42,973 nucleotides of DNA, from assembly GCA_964626665.1 (NCBI GenBank), contig CAZVGK010000029.1, positions 1 through 42,973 of the forward strand, in the 5' to 3' direction. Position 1 is the stretch's first letter. Each line of letters starts with the position of its first letter. The notes under the pieces are model-generated. The model saw only the letters and a list, made by a program, of their open reading frames with translations, did no database searches and was not told where the DNA came from. Of this stretch, positions 1-8,748 are shown one piece after another. Source of the stretch: an uncultured Gemmatimonadota bacterium (GTDB lineage Bacteria; SM23-81; DAOVCL01). A program made the position numbers and the translations under genes.

Positions 1-87
1 CTTAAGTCATTGATAAAAATGATATTTATCGGCCCACGGACAGACACTAAATAGAACTGGCTACATCACCAAAAGGAGGCGAAAGAT

Positions 88-336
88 ATGGCCGCAGTAG
101 AAGTAAAAAATATATTGCTGCTTGTACCAGAGTTGTTGAAAGTCCCATATTCAAGGATTTGGACATCCTACGATGAAGGAGCCGATGTTTTATATATTAA
201 CTGCAAGAAGCCAAGCCATGCAGATGATTCTGAGCTCACGGACGATGACGTGATAATCAGATATGAGAAAGGAGAAGTTATAGGGATTACTATACTCAAT
301 GCAAGTAAGGGGACGGGATATGGGCATAGCATATAG
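88..336 (+). CDS. DUF2283-family small protein (often in toxin-antitoxin-like pairs)
   Basis: YDEGADVLYI motif and C-terminal GEVIGITILNAS typical of DUF2283; AGGAGG RBS upstream. Confidence 0.75.
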   Translation: MAAVEVKNILLLVPELLKVPYSRIWTSYDEGADVLYINCKKPSHADDSELTDDDVIIRYEKGEVIGITILNASKGTGYGHSI

Positions 337-691
337 CGGGTGGCGAGTAAACGAGCCTGCTAGATTTTAGGTCGTTTTTGACGCTTATGGCATCAACCCT
401 CAGTTGCGCCGAGGGCTAGCGCCGTTTAGCTTATCAGCGGTTGATAGATATATTCCGGATTATGCGTTAGGAAACCACGAGATTTCATAAGGTTATCACA
501 AGATATTCAAAATAAAGAACTCACAAAAATTAAATTTAGCCCCCTCATTCACCCAAAAGGAGAAAATCCATATTCTTGAAGATTCATATATTCTGTACTA
601 CAATCTTGCAAGATCTTGTTTTTTTGACAAAGTTTTTTAAGTAACCTCGGTGAGGGACCCTTTTCCTTTCCCGTTTTGGTGGCAGTAGCAG

Positions 692-778
692 CTTCTACCG
701 CACTTTAGTGCAGGTTGGGTATTTGAATCCAATAAGCGGGTTAAAGCTCTATCTACCCTCGGCCAAAGCCGGGTAGAA
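692..778. repeat. REP-like imperfect hairpins with (T/C)AAAG loop ending GGTAGAA
   Basis: cttctaccgcactttagtgcaggtt (692-716) and taccctcggccaaagccgggtagaa (754-778); related copy at 28530-28554. Confidence 0.5.
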
Positions 779-797
779 AAACCGAAAACAAAGGGAG

Positions 798-825
798 GGT
801 GGCAGAATTGGGGTTCTGCCACCTC
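798..825 (-). repeat. GAG-hairpin REP-like repeat, type A
   Basis: ggtggcagaattggggttctgccacctc; one loop substitution versus consensus. Confidence 0.85.
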
Positions 826-836
826 GGTAATTTTTA

Positions 837-929
837 TTCGTGTCATTCGTGTTCTATCAGTGTAATCCTTGGTTGTTGTTTGGTTGCGGCTTTGCCGCAC
901 GGTGAAAATCCGTGCCCATCTGTGGTTTT
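837..929. repeat. Intergenic repeat arm (GGTTGCGGCTTTGCC / ATCCGTG family)
   Basis: 857-896 is the reverse complement of 6343-6382 (34/40); related to 31493-31528. Confidence 0.7.
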
Positions 930-968
930 GCATATTTTGGGGTCATTTGAACCTGAGCTCGTATCGAG

Positions 969-3167
969 ATGTCCAAGAAGAGACATAAAAAGAAGAAGAA
1001 GCACAAGTCACCTCTCTCCTCCGGAGGGCAGGCCAACGGCTACGAGATCGGGTTGAAGCATTTTCAAAAGGGCAATTACCGCGATGCCGTTAAGGCATGG
1101 CGGATCATGCCTCCAGGGGTGGAAATTGCGCCCAAGTTAGCCGAAGCCTACTTCAGGTATGGGTTGTCCTTCTACAACAGTGGGCAGGTTATCCAGGTTC
1201 TCTCTGAGCTTCACCAGGCCATCAAGTTTAACCCAGAAAAAGCTATCTACCGTTTTCACTTGGGGTTAGCTTATCATCGAAAGGGCAATTTAGAGAAGGC
1301 TATCATCTGGTATGAAAAGGCCTCAGAGGCTGCCCCGGAAAATAGCCGCTTCAAATACCATCTGGGGTTGGCCTGCATCGAGGCTGGAGCCGTTGGGCAG
1401 GCTATGGAACATTTCCACTCCATCAAAGGAGGATCAAACGGAGATGAAGCTGTCTGGAAGTTGGGTTTGATCTCCGCCTTCCTGAAAGACCAACAGTGGG
1501 ACAGAACATTAGCTCTCCTCCAGGATGGAGAAGAGGACGATGGGGGGGCTCCCCACTTCCTATCCCTCAAGGGTCTAACCTTACTGATGATCGGTAAAAG
1601 AAAGGAGGCCAAGGTCGCCCTGCACAGAGCCATAAAGGCAGGGGTGAACGATCCGATGGTGAGATACTACCTTGGCCTTGCTTGTGCTGTAGATGGAAAT
1701 CTTTCCAGTGCTGCAAAGACTTGGGAACAATCCCTGAGAGACGGGCTTAGCCCACGCTTGGTCGAGGCTGATCTTGTGGCAATCTACCATCGACTTGCCA
1801 TCCAGAAAGTGAGAAAAGGCGCTTTGGCTAAAGCCACGGGCTTCTGGGAGAAGGTCTTGGAGCTTCGGCCTCAGGATGAGGTCGCCCGAGACAACTTAGT
1901 GCATACCTGCTTCTTAATTGGCAACCAATATTCTAAGGGAGATCAGCTCCAGAAGGCCATAAGGTGGTGGGAAAGGGTGGTGGCGTTAGATCCTAAAAAC
2001 ATAGGTGTCCTGCACAACTTGGCATTGGCCTATGACCAGTTGGGGGAGACCTATATGGCTAATCGCTATTGGACGAAGGTGATTAGTAGCTGGGGGAAAC
2101 TGCAGCGTTCTGATGAGGCGCTTAGGGGCTCCCTCTATGTCGCTCATAAACATTTAGCAAACAACTACTTGAAAATGGACAAGCCGGGCAAGGCAGCAAA
2201 CGAATACCGCAAGGCCATGCGGTATAAGCCCGATGATGTAGAGACATCGATCCAGTTGGCCCAGCTTTGGCTCGAGCAGAACAACCCCTTAGCGGCGATG
2301 CGGGAGTTGGACCGTGTCCAAGGGATTGACCCGGAAAACGCCGACCTCCTCGGCACCCTGGCAATGGCCTATTGTGAACACAGGGATTGCCAGAGGGCAC
2401 TGGCCTGTTGGAAGAAGATAATCCAGATAGATCCTGCAAACGAGGCGGCCGCAGAGCAGCTAACCGATTGTGTTCTCCACCAAGCATATGAGCAATGGGA
2501 TCGGGGTCACCCTGATCAGGCCACCTCTCAACTGAAGGAAGCAATCGGCTTGTGTCCGGATCGTATCCCCCTCTACCTTTTGATGGGTGATATCCTTTTG
2601 GATGCAGAAGAGCTGGACGCAGCCGAGAAGGCCTTTGATCAGGCCATCGCCGCCCAACCGGGGAAGCCGGATGCCCATTTAGGGGTGGGCCATACCTATC
2701 TTATGCACCAGCTAGCAAAGGAGGCGGAGAGACACTTCCAGGAGGCCCTCGCTTGTGCGCCGGAGGATTATAACCTGCTCATCGCTATTGGGGACTCATA
2801 TTCCCACACCGACCACCTCAAAACCTCAAAGAAGTACTTCCAAAAGGCACTTAATTCCGATCCCCAGAACCCCTTTATTCCACTGGAAATTGGAAATAGG
2901 CTCTTGAAAAATGGCTTTGCAGATCGTTCTATCCCTTACTTCAAAAGGGCTCTGCAACTTTCCCCGGATATAACCGATGCCCACTTTTTATTGGGGTTTG
3001 CCCATTTTCGGAATAGGGACTATCCACGCGCCGGTAAGGCCCTTGACCGGGCGAAGAGGTTAGCCAAGAGGGAAAAGGACGAGGAGTTATTGGAAGCTAT
3101 AGAACATCTCCAGCTCAATATAGAGCTTGCCCGCACTCCATTAGAAAAGTGGGGCTATCATGAATGA
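969..3167 (+). CDS. Large tetratricopeptide repeat protein (732 aa)
   Basis: Many TPR motifs (e.g. YRFHLGLAYHRKGNLEKAIIWYEKA); basic N-terminus, no signal peptide; overlaps next gene. Confidence 0.9.
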   Translation: MSKKRHKKKKKHKSPLSSGGQANGYEIGLKHFQKGNYRDAVKAWRIMPPGVEIAPKLAEAYFRYGLSFYNSGQVIQVLSELHQAIKFNPEKAIYRFHLGLAYHRKGNLEKAIIWYEKASEAAPENSRFKYHLGLACIEAGAVGQAMEHFHSIKGGSNGDEAVWKLGLISAFLKDQQWDRTLALLQDGEEDDGGAPHFLSLKGLTLLMIGKRKEAKVALHRAIKAGVNDPMVRYYLGLACAVDGNLSSAAKTWEQSLRDGLSPRLVEADLVAIYHRLAIQKVRKGALAKATGFWEKVLELRPQDEVARDNLVHTCFLIGNQYSKGDQLQKAIRWWERVVALDPKNIGVLHNLALAYDQLGETYMANRYWTKVISSWGKLQRSDEALRGSLYVAHKHLANNYLKMDKPGKAANEYRKAMRYKPDDVETSIQLAQLWLEQNNPLAAMRELDRVQGIDPENADLLGTLAMAYCEHRDCQRALACWKKIIQIDPANEAAAEQLTDCVLHQAYEQWDRGHPDQATSQLKEAIGLCPDRIPLYLLMGDILLDAEELDAAEKAFDQAIAAQPGKPDAHLGVGHTYLMHQLAKEAERHFQEALACAPEDYNLLIAIGDSYSHTDHLKTSKKYFQKALNSDPQNPFIPLEIGNRLLKNGFADRSIPYFKRALQLSPDITDAHFLLGFAHFRNRDYPRAGKALDRAKRLAKREKDEELLEAIEHLQLNIELARTPLEKWGYHE

Positions 3168-3507
3168 AGATCCTTATGAGGTCTTAGGCATCGATAGGCG
3201 GGCTTCCACCGCCGAGGTAAAGAAGGCCTATTTCAATCTGGTCAAGCGATATTCGCCAGAGACGCACGCCGCGCGCTTCAAGGAGGTGCGCAGCGCATAC
3301 GATCGGTTGAAGACAAGGGAAAGGCGACAGGAGACCGATATTTTCCTTTACAACGATCCATACGGAGAATTTAAGCCAACTGCTGAGCAGTACAGTTTTA
3401 AAGTCAAAGTTGACATCGACAAAGCTGTGGACTTTATCCTGCGTTCGTCTTCGGATCTGGATCGGATGAATTTCAGTGAGGATTTTACCTCCATTGACTT
3501 AGACTGA
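3160..3507 (+). CDS. Small J-domain (DnaJ-like) protein with non-canonical HPD motif (YSPE)
   Basis: DPYEVLGI...EVKKAYFNLVKRYSPE...FKEVRSAYDRL J-domain pattern. Confidence 0.85.
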   Translation: MNEDPYEVLGIDRRASTAEVKKAYFNLVKRYSPETHAARFKEVRSAYDRLKTRERRQETDIFLYNDPYGEFKPTAEQYSFKVKVDIDKAVDFILRSSSDLDRMNFSEDFTSIDLD

Positions 3508-3549
3508 TAACTGTGGTTTTTAAGAAAATGTTTTTTGGGAAAAAGGTCC

Positions 3550-3713
3550 AATTACGAAATCCGAAACAATTTCAAATGACCAAAACATATGACCTGGGAG
3601 ATTTTACCTTCATTCGCAACAAATACCTCCCGCTTAAGGCTGAATAAAGTTTTGAAAATTTGGTATTTGAATTTCAGATTTGTTTCGAGTTTCGATATTC
3701 GTATTTCGGACTT
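3550..3713. repeat. Imperfect inverted-repeat element with short periodic arms
   Basis: aattacgaaatccgaaacaatttcaaatgaccaaa (3550-3584) versus tttggtatttgaatttcagatttgtttcgagtttcgatattcgtatttcgga (3659-3710). Confidence 0.6.
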
Positions 3714-3786
3714 ATTTAATTTCTGAAAGTGTATAACCCCATCTATTCATAAGTTCTTGCTCAGATTCTCCGAGCCACCAATGCTT

Positions 3787-3884
3787 GAGCGGTCAGATGC
3801 CCTCATCTGACCGCCCCCGGCGAGCCATAAGCTCCCTTACCTGACCGCACGGGGAAGGTGGCAGAATCGGGGTTCTGCCACCTC
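3787..3884. repeat. GAG-hairpin cluster: type B, degenerate B and inverted type A
   Basis: gag-cggtcagat-gccctc-atctgaccg (3787-3813) and ggtggcagaatcggggttctgccacctc (3857-3884). Confidence 0.85.
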
Positions 3885-3941
3885 ATAGTTGGGATGAATT
3901 GTTCGGGAGAGATAGATCTTTATGACTAATTCGGGATAACT

Positions 3942-4637
3942 ATGCGCCTGAGACGATTATACAAGACTATAAGGTTTTGGGATCGGGCGGCTATGTTAAA
4001 GGATCAGCCGTTGTTTGCTATCCGCGAAGAGCCTGAGCCTCTACAAAAGGGAGGTTCTTTCAATGAGCCAACGGACTTGAGGAGAGAACTGGCCAAATTG
4101 GGGAAGGTTCAGCTCCGGGCCCAGGCTGTGACCGAGTCGGCCTTGGAGGAAATCAAAAAAATGGTGGAAGGGCCGAGAGCCGCTTTTGAGCAATTTTCGG
4201 GGGCACCGAATGACGGTTTCATAAAGGATTTGCTCATAGTGGCCGACGGCCTTGAGGAAGCCATCCATGCTGGAGAGGCGATGATGAAGGCTAAACACTT
4301 TGAGGAGTTGGCCGGAAACGGGCCCCAAAGTCCATTACCAGGTTCAGAGAACGGTTGGATAGAGGGCATACGCATCATCCACCATCGAGTCTACCAGATA
4401 CTGGAAAAAGAGGGCATCCGGCCAATTCCTTCGGTGGGGGAAATCTTTGATCCCCGGGTGCACTTAGCCGTAGGGGTAGAGCATACATCCGAGGTGCTGG
4501 AAAACACTGTCATAGAGGAAGAGCGCAAAGGTTACAAACGCGGCAACAAGGTCATCCGATATGCCGAGGTGGCGGTGGCCAAGCCATTGTCATCGGGAGA
4601 AGGGAAAGAGAAAGATGAGCAAGATCATTGGCATTGA
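3942..4637 (+). CDS. grpE: Nucleotide exchange factor GrpE (start could be 3993)
   Basis: DLLIVADGLE, GEIFDPRVHLAV, KGYKRGNKVIRYAEVAV motifs; directly upstream of Hsp70. Confidence 0.88.
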   Translation: MRLRRLYKTIRFWDRAAMLKDQPLFAIREEPEPLQKGGSFNEPTDLRRELAKLGKVQLRAQAVTESALEEIKKMVEGPRAAFEQFSGAPNDGFIKDLLIVADGLEEAIHAGEAMMKAKHFEELAGNGPQSPLPGSENGWIEGIRIIHHRVYQILEKEGIRPIPSVGEIFDPRVHLAVGVEHTSEVLENTVIEEERKGYKRGNKVIRYAEVAVAKPLSSGEGKEKDEQDHWH

Positions 4638-6333
4638 TCTGGGCACCACCAATTCAGAGGTTGCCCTCATAGAGAATGGGAAGCCGATTATCATCCCTGA
4701 TGAGGACGGTCAGACCATCGTCCCCTCCGTCGTGGGCAGCTCCCCCTCGGGGGAGTTGTTGGTGGGCACCTTAGCAAAGAATCAGTTCATAGCTGAGCCA
4801 GAGAACACGGTCAAGTCCATCAAACGGAAGATGGGGACCGAGGCCAAGGTCTCCTTGGGGGGGCGGACCTATACGCCTCAGGAGATTTCGGCTTTTGTCC
4901 TCCGGAAGCTCAAGGAAATGGCAGAACGGTATCTGGGAGAAAGGGTGGAAAAAGCTGTGATCACTGTTCCGGCCTATTTTTCCGATGCCCAGCGGCAAGC
5001 AACGAAGGACGCCGGAGAAATCGCCGGTCTGGAGGTGGTGCGCATCATCAACGAACCGACAGCGGCGGCCTTGGCCTACGGTTTGGAGAAAGAGGAGGAT
5101 CAGTTTCTGCTCGTCTATGATCTGGGCGGTGGCACATTTGATGTCTCGGTCATCGAGATCAACTCCGGCGTGGTTGAGGTCAGAGCCAGCCACGGTAATA
5201 CCCACTTAGGAGGCGATGACTTCGACGAACGAATTGTCAACTATGTGATTGCGGGCTTCCAGAAGAGATACGGTGTTGACTTGCGGGAAGACCGAAAAGC
5301 GTTGGCGCGGATCACCAGATCCGCCGAGGCCGCCAAGATCGTGCTTTCGAATAAACCTTTTACGCAGATCATCGAAGAATTTATCACCGCCTTGAGAGGC
5401 CAACCACTCAATTTGGAGGTCGAGCTAACCCGTCATACCTTCGAGGAGATGATCTCCAACTTAGTCCGTTCCACCGCAGATTCCATCAGGGACGCTCTGA
5501 AGGATGCTGAACAGACCGGCCGGGAAATAGACAAAGTGCTTATGGTAGGGGGATCTACTCGTATCCCCTTGGTAGGCCGAATCGTTGAAGACATTCTCGG
5601 TCTACAACCACACTTAGAGGTCGACCCTGACCTGTGCGTTGCTATGGGTGCGGCTGTCCAGGCGGGCATTATCGGCGGTGAGGCCATCGAGGCTTACTTG
5701 GTGGATGTAGCCCCCCACTCGTTGGGAATAGCAACGGTCAGCTCCAAGTTTGGCGTCTTGTTGGAAAATCAGTTCAGTTGCTTAATCAGAAGGAACACCA
5801 CCATCCCCACATCCAAGTCTGAAGTCTTTACTACGTTTGTGGACAATCAAGAGGCTGTGGAAATCAAGGTCTATCAAGGCGAGAGCTCCACCGCATCTAA
5901 AAACACGCTGCTGGGCAAGTTTCTCCTGGAAGACATTCCCAAGGCACCGGCCGGTGAGCCTCAGATTGTAGTTACTTTTGACTACAATGTGGATGGCATC
6001 GTGCATGTAACCGCCAAAGATAAGAAGGCCGGGAACGAAAGGAGCATAACTGTCTCTGCGTCACCGGAACGGCTCACTGAAACGGAAAAGGAGAAGGCCC
6101 GAATCAAGAGCGAGGAGATGTGGGAAACCCACCCACAGAAAGAGGAGGTTGGCATCTTGATTAAGAGGGCCAAACGGGTGGCTGAGGAAATCAAGGACAA
6201 ACGAGCCTCAAGGGAACTGTCAGATCTCGCGTCACAGCTCCAGGATGCTATCAAGAGAGGCCAAACCGAGGAAATGAAAAGGCTCGAAGAGAAGTTATTG
6301 GATTTGATGTATGAGTTGGCAGATACCACCTAA
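4615..6333 (+). CDS. dnaK: Hsp70/DnaK-family chaperone (secondary paralog, 572 aa)
   Basis: MSKIIGIDLGTTNS, TVPAYF, DLGGGTFD, GGDDFD, VGGSTRIP; start placed at ATG 4615 rather than ORF-track 4561. Confidence 0.95.
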   Translation: MSKIIGIDLGTTNSEVALIENGKPIIIPDEDGQTIVPSVVGSSPSGELLVGTLAKNQFIAEPENTVKSIKRKMGTEAKVSLGGRTYTPQEISAFVLRKLKEMAERYLGERVEKAVITVPAYFSDAQRQATKDAGEIAGLEVVRIINEPTAAALAYGLEKEEDQFLLVYDLGGGTFDVSVIEINSGVVEVRASHGNTHLGGDDFDERIVNYVIAGFQKRYGVDLREDRKALARITRSAEAAKIVLSNKPFTQIIEEFITALRGQPLNLEVELTRHTFEEMISNLVRSTADSIRDALKDAEQTGREIDKVLMVGGSTRIPLVGRIVEDILGLQPHLEVDPDLCVAMGAAVQAGIIGGEAIEAYLVDVAPHSLGIATVSSKFGVLLENQFSCLIRRNTTIPTSKSEVFTTFVDNQEAVEIKVYQGESSTASKNTLLGKFLLEDIPKAPAGEPQIVVTFDYNVDGIVHVTAKDKKAGNERSITVSASPERLTETEKEKARIKSEEMWETHPQKEEVGILIKRAKRVAEEIKDKRASRELSDLASQLQDAIKRGQTEEMKRLEEKLLDLMYELADTT

Positions 6334-6342
6334 AGCCACAGA

Positions 6343-6382
6343 GGCAAAGCTGCAACTAAACAATAGCCACGGATTACACGGA
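6343..6382. repeat. Intergenic repeat arm (GGCAAAGCYGCAAC family)
   Basis: Inverted copy of 857-896 (34/40). Confidence 0.7.
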
Positions 6383-6557
6383 TTTCACTGAGTCTTTGGA
6401 ACACTAATGGATAAATCTACCGCGGAGTTACAAGGTTTACCACAGAAATTCCCGGAATAACACGGGGGGAAAGCTAAGAATTAAAAATGAAGTTTATGCT
6501 GGTTATTCTTGGCCCCCGATCCCTGTAAATTGATTGCTGACCCCCCTTTTTCTGTGT

Positions 6558-6711
6558 TATGAATATAAAGTCAACTCTTCCCATAAGGAGTTAATCCTAT
6601 TATCTTGAAAGGGTTCTGAGACATTGAAGAGCGAAAGCACTTGTAGTCCCTGGAACTCATATAGAATTTAGGAAAAGTGTGTTGAGATTGAGAGTCAACT
6701 TTATATTCATA
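6558..6711. mobile_element. 154-bp MITE with 21-bp terminal inverted repeats and 8-bp target-site duplication
   Basis: TIRs tatgaatataaagtcaactct (6558-6578) and agagtcaactttatattcata (6691-6711), 19/21; direct repeat ttctgtgt at 6550-6557 and 6712-6719. Confidence 0.85.
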
Positions 6712-6951
6712 TTCTGTGTATAGTCCGTGGTGAAATTACCGCTGAATCTCAGAGAAAAAGGCAATTGAGAATTAAGACAGATTTCACTGATATGAAAAAA
6801 GATACTTGCGGTTTCAGGCTTTCATCTGGTATATATTGCAAGCAATTTACATTCAAACCTTTGTAGTCTCTGCGCCTACTTGGCGAGCTTTGCGGTTAAA
6901 AAGGTTTGTCAAAAAAAAAAAATATCTTGCAAAATTGTAGTACAGAGGCAA

Positions 6952-7854
6952 ATGAACGCTATCGAATTATACAACGAAGGGTTGACGAAAACCAAAGACG
7001 GGGCGCTGGATGAAGCCATCGAGCTGCTGGAGAGGTCCATAGAGGAAGACCCCTGGCATGTAAACACTTACAATGTCTTAGGGAAACTACTGATTCGGAA
7101 AGGGGCATTGAAGAGGGCACGGAAATGCTGGGAGAGGGCACTCACTATAGATCCTCTGAACCGCACCGCTTTGGCTTGTCTGAAAGCATCAAAGAGAGGA
7201 AAACTGCTTTCCCGTATAGGATGGCCAATGGCTTTTGCCCTTGCCCTCATCGGTACCGTTTTTGCCTTTAAGGAGGTGGATCACCAGATCAAAACGTTAC
7301 ATGCCGATCTTTCGTCCTTTATTTCTCTGTTGAACAAAGGATCATCCTCTGTAAGCAAACCGGTATCTATTTCAGCAGAACAGATCTCTGCCGAAGGTCC
7401 TTCACAGATCTTTGCTCCGACATCCCCAGGGGCTAAAATGCTCGATAGGGGTAAGATTAGGGAGGCTTACTCCATAGCCATGCAGTACCATAGGAGCGGA
7501 AAATATGAGAAAGCCATCCTGAAGTTTAAAGAAATCCTGGCCTATCCTTTCCCTCATGATTTGAAGGACAACGCCCAATATTGGATCGGGGAATCCTATT
7601 ACGACAAAGGAGACTACAAACGGGCTCTAAAAGAGTATAAAAAGGTAAAGGCCCTTTATCCAAATGGGAACAAGGTCCTCGATGCTCAGATTAAAATAGC
7701 CTATTGCTACCACAAGTTAGGGGAAGATGAGAAGGCTTTGGCTCTGTTGACCCACTTGGCCGATAACTATCCCAAAGAACCTCATGCTGAGCGGGCGGTG
7801 CGAAGCTTAATTCGGAAGATCCAGTCCAAATCCCAAAATCCTCCAAGTCCATGA
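6952..7854 (+). CDS. TPR-TM-TPR membrane-anchored protein, C-terminal domain CpoB/YbgF-like
   Basis: N-terminal TPRs, hydrophobic IGWPMAFALALIGTVFAF, C-terminal DNAQYWIGESYY...YPNGNK; start ATG 6952 with AGAGG RBS. Confidence 0.8.
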   Translation: MNAIELYNEGLTKTKDGALDEAIELLERSIEEDPWHVNTYNVLGKLLIRKGALKRARKCWERALTIDPLNRTALACLKASKRGKLLSRIGWPMAFALALIGTVFAFKEVDHQIKTLHADLSSFISLLNKGSSSVSKPVSISAEQISAEGPSQIFAPTSPGAKMLDRGKIREAYSIAMQYHRSGKYEKAILKFKEILAYPFPHDLKDNAQYWIGESYYDKGDYKRALKEYKKVKALYPNGNKVLDAQIKIAYCYHKLGEDEKALALLTHLADNYPKEPHAERAVRSLIRKIQSKSQNPPSP

Positions 7855-7856
7855 CG

Positions 7857-7976
7857 CGGAGAATAGGGACACTTCCTATTTTTAGGCAATTTTCTTAAAC
7901 TGCTATTTGGTAGGGTTCTTTTGGACCCGCACTGGAGAGAATACCAAGAGAAGATGGAATGTGTCCTTATTCTCCG
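7857..7976. repeat. 120-bp element bounded by ~20-bp inverted repeats (GGGACAC/GTGTCC)
   Basis: cggagaatagggacacttcc (7857-7876) and ggaatgtgtccttattctccg (7956-7976); one mismatch plus one indel. Confidence 0.65.
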
Positions 7977-8013
7977 AAGGCGCCAACCACACCTGCAACT
8001 ATAAAGAATTGGA

Positions 8014-8745
8014 ATGAGTGTAATGGATATTGAGATCCAGGGCCTAACGAAAAGGTATATAACTTTGACAGCCCTGCGGAATATCAGTTTGAATGTGGCA
8101 AAGGGTGAGTCAGTTGGCCTTATCGGGTCTAATGGGGCAGGCAAGACCACCTTATTGCACATCCTGATGGGGTTTATCACCTTTGATGAGGGCAGCGCCA
8201 AGATAGTGGGCAAGTCATCTACCCACCTCGATGCTGCCACAAAGGAGAAGATCGGGTTTGTCGCCGAGGAAACTGGCCTCTTACCTTGGGCCACCCTGCT
8301 GGACATTGCGGGCCTTTACCGACATCTTTACAGCCAATGGGATGAGGGTTTGCTCTCCCATTTCATCGATGATTGGGAGATCCTCACTGATAAACGGATG
8401 CGATCTATGTCCAAAGGTCAAAGGCGATTAGCTGAATTAGCCCTCTGTTTCAGTTGCCATCCCAGCGTATTGCTTCTCGACGAGCCGTTCATCGGACTTG
8501 ACGCGGTAATGAGGCTCAAGGTGTTGCGGGTGATGAAAGAGATGAACTCTCAGCAGGGCACGACGATTTTCCACTCTTCCCACATCCTCTCCGATATAGA
8601 AAAGATCGCTGATCGGGTGATCATCATTCGGGAAGGGGAGATCCAGCTCGATGAGCGGATTAGCAGCCTAAAATCTTCCGTAGAAAAAACATTCGTCCAG
8701 TATTATGGCCTGTCAAAGGAAGAAGTAGCCTGGTCAGAGGAGTGA
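8014..8745 (+). CDS. ABC transporter ATP-binding protein (ABC-2 exporter type)
   Basis: Walker A GSNGAGKT, signature MSKGQ, Walker B LLLDEP, H-loop SSH. Confidence 0.92.
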   Translation: MSVMDIEIQGLTKRYITLTALRNISLNVAKGESVGLIGSNGAGKTTLLHILMGFITFDEGSAKIVGKSSTHLDAATKEKIGFVAEETGLLPWATLLDIAGLYRHLYSQWDEGLLSHFIDDWEILTDKRMRSMSKGQRRLAELALCFSCHPSVLLLDEPFIGLDAVMRLKVLRVMKEMNSQQGTTIFHSSHILSDIEKIADRVIIIREGEIQLDERISSLKSSVEKTFVQYYGLSKEEVAWSEE

Positions 8746-8748
8746 ATT

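Noticed and set aside
337-968. CIRCE or other heat-shock operator upstream of the chaperone operon
   Set aside because: No TTAGCACTC-N9-GAGTGCTAA seen
637-1056. ORFs 637-933 and 799-1056 (also 28685-28900, 17898-18161, 42569-42809)
   Set aside because: They are translations of intergenic repeat clusters, several sharing the EVAEPxFCH artefact
4561-4614. N-terminal extension of Hsp70
   Set aside because: It overlaps grpE; the canonical MSKIIGIDLG begins at 4615
6826-6842. Sigma54 promoter ctggtatatattgcaa
   Set aside because: GG-GC spacing is 8 nt, not the required 10
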